64,000 nucleotides of DNA, from NCBI GenBank assembly GCA_964016885.1, contig OZ024759.1, positions 25,172,001-25,236,000 on the forward strand, read 5' to 3'. The translations under genes and the position numbers were made by a program. Source of the stretch: Eledone cirrhosa. Taxonomy: Eukaryota. Below are positions 1 through 13,008 of this stretch, one piece after another (the first letter of the stretch is position 1; every line of letters starts with the position of its first letter). The notes below the pieces were generated by a model. It did no database searches. It worked only from the letters and a program-made list of their open reading frames with translations, and had not been told where the DNA came from.

Positions 1-894
1 TTCATGTGGTAAGGAAAGTTCATGTATTTTAGGCTAGCCCGCACAACAAAATCACAATTCATGTTGGTGTGATACCTAAACAGTTCCAGTGCTGACATAA
101 ATTTATGTTGGAAGATATTTTCAAGACAAATTGATGGGGGAGGAGGAAGAGGAAAGAGTTTCTCTTTCTTCCCACATCAACAACTTCTTTTCTCTTCCCA
201 CATCAACACCTCATTCCCACTTATAGCTTGACCAAATCTAATATATTTTCATACCAAGTAACTTCAGTATGAAACTATTTAACTATTTCTCTCATTCTCA
301 CCTCAACATCTCATTCTCACATTTTGATTTGACCATATCTAATTATTTTCTATTCAACATTCAAACATTCAACATTCATCATTGGAAACCATTTATCTAT
401 CTTACTTCCACTCGGAGAAATTCCTCTACAATTATGCCGCTTCATAAACTTGGTATATTAAACTGGATAGGAGAAAGAGAAAAATTTGTAATCTTTTCAC
501 TTGGGTTCAGTAGATGGAATTTATTTCTCAGAAAATCCTGTCCATTCCTTGCCAGCAAAAGATTCTTATCTAAATGGAGATAATTTCACTGCGTTTTGCA
601 GATATTAATACTTAGACTCTTCCTTATATATAAATATCCTGGTTCTGAAGAATCATCAAAGACTATCGAGTTTCTGACAAAAACACTGTTTCTAAGATCT
701 TTCGACATTCCAATCTGTTTGGAAACTTCCGTCATTTTCATTTTCATTTCTTACCAACTTACACCAATATCTAGCGCCTTATTTCATCTTCCTTCATCTT
801 CGTCAATAAATACTGACACAAATTTTGGGGGATTATTTATGTTCTGCTAGTAAACTTTACTCACACACACACATATACAAATTTATATATATAT

Positions 895-2894
895 CATCAT
901 CATCATCATCAACGTTTAACGTCCGTGTTCCACACTTGCATGGGTTTGGACGGGGGTTTTGCCACTTGAGGCAAGAGTGATTGTCTTGCTCGCATAGGAC
1001 TGTCTGGCAGGTTTTCTACAGTTGGATGCCCTTCCTAACACCAACCACATTTACAGTGTGGGTCTGGGAGGTTTTTACCGTGTTGCCTACACGGCCACAT
1101 TACAGCGTGGACTGTGTGTTTTTTTGTCATGACACCTACACGATCTCATTTGTTTCGGCCTGGATGGTGTGGCACCAACATAACTTTACATAGAAGGGGG
1201 CGGTGTGGATGGAGTGGGGGTGGTGGGACGGGGGTGTATTTTGTTAGAGATGCCTACTGACTGTAGTAGGTTTTACTTTGTATTTAGGTAAGGCGGGTCT
1301 TCTCTATTACTGAGTACCGCCAAAGGTCTCGGTCAAGTGACATTGTCTTGGTGAGGTGTAAGTGTGTGAGGTCGGAGTTTATCAGCTCGTCCCAGGTTTT
1401 TCTGGGTCTGCCTATTCCGTGGCTACCATCTATCTTTATTGCCCTGCACTTTGTTATACAGCTATCGTCCTTCATGCGCATCACGTGACCATACCAACGT
1501 AGCCTTCTCTCTAGTAAACAACATCTAATCCCTCTTATTTCTAATTTTTTCCTTAGTTCGTTTATGCTTTGTCGTTCACGTATATTACTATTACACATCC
1601 AGCGGAGCATGCAAGCTTCGTTTCTCTCTAGTCTGTGTATATCCTCTGCACACAATGCCCAGGTCTCACTGTCATGCAACATTGCTGTTCGTATGCAGGC
1701 ATCGTACAGCCTGCCTTTCATTTTTAGGGAGAACCCTTTAGCGGCTAATAGTGGTATAAGCTCTCTGAACTTTTTCCACCCAGTTCTGACTCTAGCTACT
1801 GTACTTTCAGAGCACCCTCCCCCACTGCTGATTTTGTCACCCAGGTAACGGAAGCTGTCCACTATTTCTATAGAACCCTCTGCGCAGTTGAAATAGCTAG
1901 TATTTTGTGGGCACTTGCTGCTACTTATTGCCCCAGAACACCGGCCACATGTAAAATCTATGTTCTTAGTTAGCTTACCTGTGATCCCACTACATCTTTT
2001 ATGCACCCAAACTTTGCATTTGGGACACAAAATGGAATTTCTACCTACGCCTTTCCTACACTCTGCGCATGGCCACTTCCCGGAGGGGACCGTGGCCTTA
2101 TTTTCTTTCTTACAAACTAGAACTTTAGTCTTAGCCAGGTTAATTTTAAGGCCTTTTGATTCTAGGCCGTGCTTCCATGTTTGGAATTTCTTCTCTAGCT
2201 CGGCCATTGATTCAGCTATGAGCGTTAGATCATCTGCGTATAGGAGTTCCCATGGGCAGCCGGTCTTGAACTCCACTGTAATAGCCTGGAGGGCAATAAT
2301 AAATAGTAGGGGGCTAAGAACAGAGCCCTGATGAACACCAACTTTTACACTAAACTCTTCACTATATTCGTTGTTAATTCTAACCTTGCTGACTGTTTCT
2401 TTATACATGGCTTGTATGGCTCTCACAAGCCATTCATTAACACCTAGTTTTATAAGAGCCCACCAGATAATGGAACGGGGGACTCTGTCGAAGGCCTTCT
2501 CCAAGTCGACGAAAGCTAAGTATAGGGGTTTACTTTTAGCTAGGTACTTCTCCTGTAGTTGTCGTACAATGAAAAGAGCGTCTGGTACTTTTTCCTGACA
2601 CAAACACGAACTGCATTTCATCTAGATCAATTCGCTCTCTGATTAGTTGCGCTATTACTTTTTCCGTGACCTTCATGACCTGGTCGATTAATTTAATGCC
2701 TCTATAGTTACTCCTATCTAGGGCATCTCCTTTACCCTTATAACAGTTAACGATAATGCTGCTACGCCAGTCCTTCGGAACAACCCCATTCTGTATGACT
2801 TGGTTGACTATCCGGGTGACCATAGTGTGTCCCACCGTACCAGATGCCTTCAGCATCTCGGCAACTATTTCCGAAGGTCCAGCCGCCTTGCCTG

Positions 2895-2896
<2 letters not shown>
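895..2896 (-). mobile_element. RTE-clade LINE, subfamily A, 5'-truncated, frameshifted RT ORF
   Basis: ORFs 2536-2994 and 1284-2621 join across a frameshift near 2585. Motifs [70 protein letters not shown]. About 370-nt 3' UTR ending in (GAT)n; (TA)n at both ends. Confidence 0.95.
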
Positions 2897-2972
<76 letters not shown>

Positions 2973-2975
2973 ATG

Positions 2976-3008
<33 letters not shown>

Positions 3009-3051
3009 GTATATATATATATGTATGTATATATATATGTATATATATATA

Positions 3052-3124
<73 letters not shown>

Positions 3125-3498
3125 TGTTATACTTTGGGAGTATAACAATATCGGTTTCAACATATGTTTTCAGATAAAGAATCTTGCTAAACAAATTCAG
3201 AAACGAAATATATATACATATATATACATATATATATATGTATATGTGTATATATATAAATGATATATTTATAATATATATATGTATCATATATATGTAT
3301 ATGTGTATATATATAAATGATATATTTATAATATATATATGTATCATATATATGTATATAATATATATTTGTATAATATATATGTATATAATATATATAT
3401 ATAAATGATATATATATATAATATATATTTGTATAATATATATGTATATAATATATATATATATAATATATATGTATAATATATATATACATACATAC

Positions 3499-3530
<32 letters not shown>

Positions 3531-3597
3531 ATACATATATATATACATATATATATATATATAATATATATGTATAATATATACATACATATATATA
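2897..3597. repeat. Compound (TA)n/(TG)n/(TACA)n microsatellite with internal block duplications
   Basis: Read directly; representative of many similar tracts (e.g. 29930-30510, 34890-35180, 40708-40955, 45043-45745, 58060-58430). Confidence 0.95.
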
Positions 3598-3598
3598 T

Positions 3599-4203
3599 GG
3601 TGGCTGCCAACTCGTTTTCGAGTATGGCCACTACTTTATATCCATGTAGGAGAACCCCTACCGATGCGCTGAACGAGTGTGACTTTTTAGTCCAGCCAGC
3701 GACTTGAAAACTCTGGTACAAACACTACACTTGTGACAATTATTGACACATAGTGCTGGGCCCATGGTACCATGGGACGACAAGTGCAGAGAGATCTCCA
3801 GATATAAAGCAATGCCTGTGACGTGAAGCTTTTATAGTGAGCAAAGGCACTGCACAAAGCCAGTCCCACTCTCTTAACCAAGATGATATTTACCAAAAAG
3901 AAGAACAAGTCAACATCATTGGATACCATCAGGGTTGCAGGTGTTATATCAGAGTTTTCCTTCTCCTAGAATTCTGCCTTGACAAAGGCTAAGGGGTCAT
4001 CTCTCCCGGTGATTATGAATGGCCATTGACTCTTAAGAGCTCCTTTGCCCTTTGACAGGTTTTGTTTTTTGTCCTGCAGGATGTCCAAAGTCACCCTCCT
4101 CACCAAGAAACCTTGGTGGGGTTGCCAGTTTAGTCGCCAACGACCCGACCATGGGACAGGTTGTACTGGGATACATGTTACCAGTAGCACCAACTGGTGA
4201 CCC

Positions 4204-4206
<3 letters not shown>
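3599..4206 (-). mobile_element. Non-autonomous RTE-derived element (RTE-like 5' UTR plus short 3' end)
   Basis: Minus strand has CTAGGAGAAGGAAAACTCTG, a motif I recall from RTE 5' UTRs. Shares 5' end (GTCRGGTCAC..GTGCTACTGGTAACATGTA) and 3' end (TGGCCATACTCGAWAACGAG) with 55316-55812. No RT ORF; flanked by (TA)n. Confidence 0.65.
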
Positions 4207-4261
<55 letters not shown>

Positions 4262-4649
4262 CATACATATATATACATACATACATATACATACATACAT
4301 ACATATATACACACACACACTAAACACAACATAGAAATCAGTCCAATTATGTGTCTCTTAACTGACAGTTGACATATAGACTATCCGCTGTCAAATTTGA
4401 CACTGACATGAGAATGTTCCATATTGCTGTGACAGAGCATTGGACAGGAAATTTTTAATCAATATTTCTTAGTAATATCACTTCAACCAATTCCTTATTG
4501 TAAAGCTGAAAAATTTCACTGTATTACTTTCAATTACTTAGCTATCTTTTTTAATTACTATGTTTCAATAGGTTGTTTGATAATGTTAGCTGTTAATTAG
4601 AATATACAGGGTGAGTAAACATCTTCCCAACCCTCACTCCACCAAAGTT

Positions 4650-5230
4650 CCCAACCCACACTATGAAAGTGGTCGTGTAGGTGTCATGACAAAAGCACCC
4701 AGTCCACACTGTAAAGTGGTCGTGTAGGTTCAGGACAAAAGCACCCAGACCAGACTGTAAAGTGGTCGTGTAGGTGTCATGACAAAAGCACCCAATCCAC
4801 ACTGTAAAGTGGTCGTGTAGGTGTCATGACAAAAGAACCCAGTCCACGCTGTAAAGTGGTTGTGTAGGTGTCATGACAAAAGCACCCAGTCCTCACTGTA
4901 AAGTGGTCATATAGGTGTCATGACAAAAGCACCCAGTCCTCACTGTAAAGTGGTCATCTAGGTGTCATGACAAAAGCACCCAGTCCACACTATAAAGTGG
5001 TCGTGTAGGTTCAGGACAAAAGCACCCAGACCAGACTGTAAAGTGGTCATGTAGGTGTCATGACAAAAGCACCCAGTCCACACTGTAAAGTGGTCATGTG
5101 GGTGTCATGACAAAAGCACCCAGTCCACACTGTAAAGTCGTTGTGTAGGTGTCATGACAAAAGCACCCAGACCATACTTTAAAGTGGTCACGACAAAAGC
5201 GCCCAGCACACATTATAAAGTAGTTGTGTA
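4650..5230 (+). repeat. 47-bp minisatellite (~12 units) derived from the RTE 3' UTR
   Basis: Unit CACCCAGTCCACACTGTAAAGTGGTCGTGTAGGTGTCATGACAAAAG; closely similar to the 3' UTR segment at ~36520-36580. Confidence 0.9.
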
Positions 5231-5231
5231 C

Positions 5232-5800
5232 CAGCCAACCAACCAACCAACCAATCATCAATCTAACCATCGAACCATCTATCTAACCATCCAGCTGTCC
5301 AGCCTTCCATCTAACCAATCATCTATCTAACTATCTAACCATCGATCTAACCATCTAACCATTTATCCAACCAACCAACCATCAATCTAACCATCTAACC
5401 AACCAACCAATCATCAATCTAACCAACCAACCATTGATCTAACCATCTAACCATTTATCCAACCAACCATCAATCTAACCATCTAACCAACCAACTATCT
5501 ATCTAACCATCTAACCAACCAACCATAAATCTAACCAACCAGCCAACCAACCAACCAACCAGCCATCTATCTAACCATCCAACCAACCAACTATCAATCT
5601 AACCAGCTAGCCAACCAACCAATCATCTATCTAACCATCCAACCATCCATCCATCCATCTAACCATCCAACTATCCAACCAACCTACCATCTATCTAACC
5701 ATCTAACCATCCATCTAACCATACAACCAACCAATCATCTATCTAACCATCCGACCAACCAGTCAGCCAATCATCTATCTAACCATCTAACCATCCAGCC
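5232..5800. repeat. Degenerate (AACC/ATCT/ATCC)n tetranucleotide mosaic
   Basis: Read directly. Confidence 0.9.
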
Positions 5801-6180
5801 AGCTGGTCTGATAAATATCTCAGTACTATTTAGCAATGTTCCATTGTTAAACTATATCAATACAAAATGTCATCTAGAATGTAAAACTTAATCAGTGAAC
5901 TATTTCTCTAATGAATCTATTATTAAACTCTGTATTATTAATATGCCTGACCTGTTTCGTGCTTTCAAATTGGTTGCTCTATCGACTCTTGGGGTTTAGG
6001 AAGACGAGATTAACTTCAACCTACCACAGACCAATCTCATTCTAGCTTTCTGATTACATTGCTCACTTAATTACACACAGATAGTGTATACACATGTATG
6101 TATATATGTATATTTATATATATTATCATGTTCATCATTTAATGTTTGCTTTCCCTGCTAGCAAGGGTTGTATGTATATG

Positions 6181-6218
<38 letters not shown>

Positions 6219-6532
6219 AAGAGAGAGAAAGAGAGAGTGTGTGTGTGTGTATGTATGTATATATGTATATGTGTTTGTGTGTATGTATGTGTGTGTATGT
6301 ATGTAAATATATATATATGCATGTATGTATATGCATGTGAGTGAATGTATATATACATATATATATATGTATATATGTGTGTGTGTGTGGTCGATTTAAT
6401 CACCCTTCCCATTCCCCAAGAAGAAGAAGACAAGTTGTGAGAGACGAAATTTGAGTAAAGTGAACATTGGTGACTGCATAAAAAGAGAATTGTAATTTCT
6501 GTCAAGTGGAAATCTTACATAATATCTCTCAA

Positions 6533-6535
<3 letters not shown>

Positions 6536-6597
<62 letters not shown>

Positions 6598-6746
6598 AGA
6601 AGAAGAAGAAGAAGAAAAAGAAAAAGAAAAAGAAGAAGAAGAAGAAGAAAAAGAAGAAGAAGAAAAAGAAAAAGAAAAAGAAGAAGAAGAAAAAGAAGAA
6701 GAAGAAGAAGAAGAAGAAGAAGAAGAAGAAGAAGAAGAAGAAGAAA
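6536..6746. repeat. (GA)n then (GAA)n/(GAAAAA)n polypurine tract
   Basis: About 210 nt of pure purine on the + strand. Confidence 0.95.
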
Positions 6747-7486
6747 TCTAAAGAAGATGAAGAAATGTGAAGATAATCAGAGATGTTGCGATGAAGAACA
6801 AAACTAGGAAGGAATGAGGAAACAACAGGGAAAAATACAATGAAACAATCAGAGAGATAAAGATTGTACCAAGAACACTTAATTTCTGGAGTGAATAAAA
6901 CAGATTGTTAAAGATTGGGCTGGTTGATGTTGTTGTTGTTGTTGTTTGAGGTTGGTTGTTGTTGTTGTTGTTGTTTTGAGTTTGTTGGTTGCTTGGTTGT
7001 TGCTGTTGTTGTTGGTGGTGGTGATTGTGTTTGTTGTTGTTGTGTCGTTGTTTGTTGATGGTTGTAACTGTTGTTGTTGTCATTGTTTGATGTTGTTTGT
7101 TGTTTGGCTGTTTGTTGTTGTTGTTGATTCATCAGAGTTGTCTTTAGATGTTGCGTGATAAGAGAAGAAATAGTGGAGAAGAGATGATATTTATCAACAA
7201 ATGAATGCGATAGATGATTGTGCTGAATGGCAAGGAAAAAAACAAAACAAAAACAACAACAACAACACTATTCCTTTGTTATCCACGAGATAAACATTAT
7301 TATAATAGAGTTAACAGAGGTTTTCAGTTGTTATATTTGTTTTTTATGAACAAAATGCCTTGAAGAATTTAGTTACCAGACTTCACCTTTTGAGTTCAGG
7401 TGTCAGCTTCGCTTTTCATTTTTCTCTGGAGTCAATAAAATACCAGTCAGACACTGGGGTCAACTGGACTGACACTACCCTCCACT

Positions 7487-7810
7487 AACTCTTAACATCC
7501 TGTAATGATTTAGTAGAAAATATCTAAAAATTTGGTTTGTTAATTCAAATATTTACAGCATCTTTACCAGTGGTCAGATCGTTGTGAAAATTTGCAGTAT
7601 TTGAGTAAAGACTTAAATATTTAATGTGATATAGCCAAAGTGTTGTTTTGTACTTTTCAAGAATATCTTGTTAATGTGGTCTTAAGTGGTTTGTTAATTC
7701 AAATGTTTATAGTATCTTTACTAGTGGTCAGATTGTTGTGAAAATTTGCAGTATTAGAGTAAAGACTTTTATATTTAATATGATATAGCCATAGTGTTGT
7801 TTTGTACTTT
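7487..7810 (+). mobile_element. Partial MITE-like element with internal ~155-bp tandem duplication
   Basis: Starts AACTCTTAACATCCTGT and is similar throughout to the TIR-bounded element at 51718-51935; 7533-7670 is repeated at 7688-7810. Confidence 0.55.
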
Positions 7811-7886
7811 ACACGAATGTCTTGGTTTTATGGATTGCCTCTAAGCCACCAGGAAAACATCTGAGGGGGGCAATATATATATATGT

Positions 7887-8122
7887 ATGATGACAATAAT
7901 ACTGATGCTGATGATGACAATGGTGATGATGATAAATATAATGTTGGTGATGATTATGATGACAATAATAATGATGATGATGATGATGATGCTGATAACA
8001 ATGATGATGGTGGTGATGATAGTAATGATGATGGTTATGATAAGGATGATGATGATGATAATAATGATAATGATGATGATGATGATAATGATGATAACGA
8101 TGATGATGATAATGATGATGAT
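7887..8122. repeat. (GAT/AAT)n trinucleotide tract
   Basis: Read directly; source of the poly-His/Asp/Met ORFs. Confidence 0.9.
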
Positions 8123-8874
8123 GCATACAAACTGTAACCTAAAAGAAGTCATAAGCTAGCTGTAGCAATTTCTCTTCACAGACAATACAACATAGAAAAT
8201 AAATATGGACAAACATTCAGCCAGGTTCTGAAGAGATACACAGTATACAGAAGAAGACAACAATAAAATACCTAACATGAAGAAGACAACAATAAAATAC
8301 CTAACATGTCATAAAAAACATTAGCTAACCTACTTTGAAAAACACTGTTCAACTGTCCTATATAATAGAGAAAAACAGTCTTGTATAAAACTACAAAGAT
8401 TTATTGTATGATCTCTCATGGATGGTCATAAATACCTTATTATTATATTTAATAGCCAGCAACAAAAAATGTTATTCTATGTGTTGAAGATCATAGGCTG
8501 ACTATGAAGGAGTGATGTTAGAGCTGTGAAATATTGCATTGTTTATTTCCAGGGACTATGTTGAAAAATAAATCTCATTCGGTCATTCCATGAGAGTATC
8601 TTGATCAGCCTATGAACTTTTCAGCCTATGAACTTTTCAGCCAACCCTTGAACGGTAATATTCAAAGACATTAACAAAGTATTTCATTAGAAATATCATA
8701 ATGAAAGACCTAAAAGTTATTTGTAATGGAACTAAAAAGCCTCTTTTAACCTATAGTAGTTGTTTTTTTTTTCTTTTTCCTTTTTGGGGGTGGGGTGGGG
8801 GAGTGTTACTGCTTTTCTAGACAGGTTGCCAGTAATACAGCTTGTCACTTTATTCACTTCTCTTTTAGGGGAGT

Positions 8875-9160
8875 GGAGGTGTGTGGCCTAGTAGTAAGGG
8901 TGTTGGACTTATGATCATAATGTTGTGGGTTCGATTCCTGAGCTGGGTTGTATGTTGTGTTCATGAGTAAAACATTTCATTTCATGTTGCTCCACTATAC
9001 TCAGCTGTAAATGGGTACCAGCAATAGGTGGGGGTTTAGTTTAATCCTGTGATGGACTGGCATCCTGTCCAGGGGGAGGTCTTGTACTCTCAGTCACTTC
9101 ACGCCATGAAATTGGGATAAACACCAGCCTAAAGAACCTTCTGGCTTTAGACAGACTTTA
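8875..9160 (+). mobile_element. tRNA-derived SINE, CORE-like centre with V-SINE-like 3' segment (type C)
   Basis: A box TGGCCTAGTAG, B box GGTTCGATTCC, centre TGTTCATGAGTAAAACATTT..CTCAGCTGTAAATG, then CCTGTGATGGACTGGCATCCTGTCCAGGGG; same family as 31987-32276. Confidence 0.8.
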
Positions 9161-9520
9161 GGTGGAAAATTAGCAGAGTCGTTGGATATAATCCTCTTTA
9201 GTATTCGTTTCAACTCTTTGCTCTCTGAGTTCAAATCCCACGAATTTCCACATACTAGTAGTTATTATCTTTTAGTATAACATAATAGCTATTACACTTT
9301 AGTATTTAGTATAGTATAATAGGCCAAAGTCAACTTTGTCTTTCATCCATTCGACGTTGATAAAAAAAGTAGTTATCTAGTAGCAGGGGTTGATTGTTCC
9401 TCTATATCTCTTTCTCATTTCCATTCTCTCACTCTCTCAATCTTTCTCTGGAAGAAACCTGCAGTATTTAGACCTGGAGAGAAGACAGGCTCCACAAGGT
9501 TTAAAAATGCCATGGAAATG
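9160..9520 (+). mobile_element. Decayed tRNA SINE (type A head and core) with alternative tail
   Basis: B box GAGTTCAAATCC at ~9228, core CTTTCATCCATTCGACGTTGATAAAA, tail CTGGAAGAAACCTGC..AGACCTG..AGGTTTAAAA also seen at ~9745-9800 and ~28950-29015. Confidence 0.55.
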
Positions 9521-9697
9521 CCATATATTAATATGCTGCCCCAACAACTCCCTAGGGAATTACAGTTCCTTACCATACCATATATTAATATGCTGCCCCA
9601 ACAACTCCCTAGGGAGTTACAGTTCCTTACCATACCATATATTAATATGCTGCCCCAACAATTCCCTATAGAGTTACAGTTCCTTACCATACCATAT
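9521..9697 (+). repeat. 57-bp tandem repeat x3 inside a larger diverged duplication
   Basis: Unit CCATATATTAATATGCTGCCCCAACAACTCCCTAGGGAGTTACAGTTCCTTACCATA. Confidence 0.9.
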
Positions 9698-10477
9698 ATA
9701 TATATCTTTCTCACTTCCATTTCCCCCACTTTCTCTATCTTCCTCTGGAAGAAACCTGCTGTATTCAGACCTGGAGAGGGGACGGGTTCTGCAAGGTTTA
9801 AAAAAAAAAAAAAAGCTCAAGAAACACCATATATCAATACAGTGTGTCTACAACTTCCTCAGGAGTTACAGGACCATGCATGCATGCATTTTAGAGGAGC
9901 AATTTTTACAGACAGATAGTGGGAATGGAGGAAAAGCAGGGATGTTATATTTCATCTGTTTAATATATATAACTTCTGCAGAAATTAGAGTTACACAGTA
10001 GAAGAGATTTATTTCTATATTCCAGATGAGTGTTTTTCGTAAGTAGCTGCCTTTTCTTCCTATGTAAACACTTTCAAAAGTGATAAAGATGGAACTATGT
10101 TGCTATAGTAACTGACATCTGAAAAGATTTTCACAAATGGTTTTACATCGAAAAGATTAATGTCAATTTCACCATTTAGCTTTGATGACTTAATCAGAAC
10201 ATATGTTTACAACATCAATTAGTTTCACTTTAAAAGACACATACATGCCTAGATACATACATAGACCCACTTATGTACATACGCACCTACATACAACACA
10301 CACACACATACATACATGCATACATAGATACATACATACGTACATACATACGTACAGGCAGGCAGGCAGACTGACAGACAGGTATCTTAAGTGATTTCAG
10401 GTGTTTAGTATCTCGATGTGTAATGTGGTTGAGTATCCAGTCCCAGCAGCCACAGAGACTGTTGGGATCATCTGATT

Positions 10478-10524
<47 letters not shown>

Positions 10525-10589
10525 CACCAGTTCTAACCCTCATACTAAATCATCTGTTCTAAGTTGACTTTCCTAAATTGCTATCATGA

Positions 10590-10820
10590 CCGTGTGTCCA
10601 ATAGCTTTATGTATAAGTTGGCCTTGTGTATAAGATGACTTTGAGTATAAGGTGATCTGATCTATAATGTGGCTTTGTGTATCTGGTGGCCATTTGTATA
10701 AGGTGGCCTTGTGTATATGATGGCCATGTGTATCAGGTGGTCTAGTGTATAAGGTGGCATTGTGAATCATATGGCCTTGTGTATAAAGTGACCTTGTGTA
10801 TAAGCAGATATTGTGTATAA
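10590..10820. repeat. Degenerate short-period repeat (TGTGTATAAGGTGGCCT-like)
   Basis: Recurrent TGTGTATAAG/GTGGCC words. Confidence 0.6.
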
Positions 10821-11860
10821 CAAATTAGTTTCAGATAACCGTGAACCCTAGGATAATGGTCTACTAGGAAATCCAACCTATGCCATTATGGAAAAGTCGT
10901 CATAAAAACGACAACGACGAAGAAAAAACAATGATGATACCATATATAACAGTGCAGCTATGTGCTTATGTGCTTATATAACCCACTTTAATAGAGATGC
11001 CCTCAAGCAGGAAAAACATTAAGTTATTTATAGAGATCAAAACTATTCTGTTCTATTTCTGGGACAGTGGGTATTTTATGGTTACGGTATGGTTCCTTTT
11101 TTTTACTTTTCATTTCACTTCTGAGTTTATTTATCTGGTCTTATGAGTGAATATTTCAGTTGCTAAGCGTTAAGTACAATTAGTTGTTCCTACAATGATT
11201 TTCTCAAGACAAAATTATCCCATTCTTAGAAACTAATGGTGTAAAATTTCTATAGCATAGTTCATAAAAAATTCTCACATCAGTAGAGATGTTTAGTTCG
11301 GTTTCTCAAAATAACCATTTGATAATGGGGTTAAAATATATAGTAGATAAGTTTCCTAATCAGAAAAAAAGAAAGATAATAAAAACTATTTTGGAAAAGT
11401 TAGGAGAAATTATTGAATACAGAAAAGACAATTTATTGAAAAAGAGATGAAATTATTTTAGCTTTTCCAATTTACATAACGTTCTCTTATTTCCTTATGT
11501 ATAAACATACATATAACTATATGTGTGTGTGTGTGTATATATATATACACACAATGAAAAAAAATATATATATGATGTTTATATATATGTATGTACAATA
11601 AAAATACATATATAATGTTTATATATATACACACACACACAGAAAAAAAATATGCAGACAATGAAAAAATAAATAAAGATATATATATATAAAGTTGTCT
11701 TATATCCTTATGTATAAACATACATATAATTATATATATATATATATATATATACAGTAAAATATATATATAATGTTTATATATATATATAATGTTTATA
11801 TATATATATAATGTTTATATATATATCTACACAATGAAAAAATATATGCGTATACACATA

Positions 11861-11929
<69 letters not shown>

Positions 11930-13008
11930 GGAGGGGGATAGAAAAGAGAGAGATTTGTAATTTGCTTCAAGCATTGCAGAATATATGTAGAAAGCTTTGT
12001 GTTACAGAAGATTATTTAAACATTAAATATCAATATTAACAATAACAAAGATATCGAAATATTCAATTTGGCCTGATTTTTCAAGTATAATACCCCTTTT
12101 CAAAGGTGGAGAGAGGGAGAGAGAGAAATTATGTGCATATTTAGCCAGATCTAATAGTCTGTTATTTTGGTGGGTTGGATTGGTTGAGAGAGGAAGGGAG
12201 AAAGAGTGTGAGAGGACAGAAGAAGGGAGAGAGGAGAAAGAGAAGAGGGGAGAGTATGTGAGTGAAGAAAAGAGAAGGGAAGAGAGCAGAGAGAGAAATT
12301 CAGAGAGTGTGTGAGAGGGAGAGACAGATAGGAGAGAGAAATAAAGAGTGTGTGTGAGTGACGGAGAGAAAGAAGGGGAAAGTGAATGTGTGTATGTGTG
12401 TGTGTGTGTGAGAGAGAGAGGGAGAGAGAGAATCTGACAGACCTACTGACAGACAGAGAAAGTTATATATACATATATATACATATGCACACACACACAC
12501 ACGCATATATATATAGATATATATATATATAGAGAGAGAGAAAGAGAGAGAGGGGGGAGAGAGAGACAGACAGAGACAGTTAGAGAGACAGAGAGAGAGG
12601 GGAAGAGACAGAGAGAGAGGGGAAGACAGACAAGAAAAGAGAGATATATATTAGATATTTGGTTATTAAGGATATAAAAACTATAAACAAACATACAAAT
12701 CAAACTGATATAAACAAACATACAAACCAACTGATATAAATATATGATGGAAGAAATACAGCATAACATTAACTTGGTTGCTAGAATCATTGGAAATTCT
12801 TTATTTAAAGAATATCAGATTCCATGAAGATAAAACCTTCAAAGTTTGTTCCTATCAGTTCTCCCCACAGGCATAATATCTTTCCAAAAGATTCTTCCTC
12901 TTAAGATTTATTTCTATTAATCCAAAGGAACATATATCTCCAAGGCTGAACAACTGAGAAATCCCATTAAATAAATGGATTTAACAAACTCTCCACAGAA
13001 AATGTGTA

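Noticed and set aside
1-850. Complex sequence with a long interrupted minus-strand frame
   Set aside because: Several stops and no recognisable motif; may be a decayed ORF but cannot be assigned.
1564-2598. Antisense ORFs over the LINE RT (also 41388-42425 and 43239-45110)
   Set aside because: Shadow frames of the RT ORF with no independent evidence.
9390-9919. Repeat-protein ORFs (19-aa units; also 18-aa units at 26498-27223)
   Set aside because: By-products of 57-bp and ~54-bp tandem repeats in non-coding, repeat-derived context.
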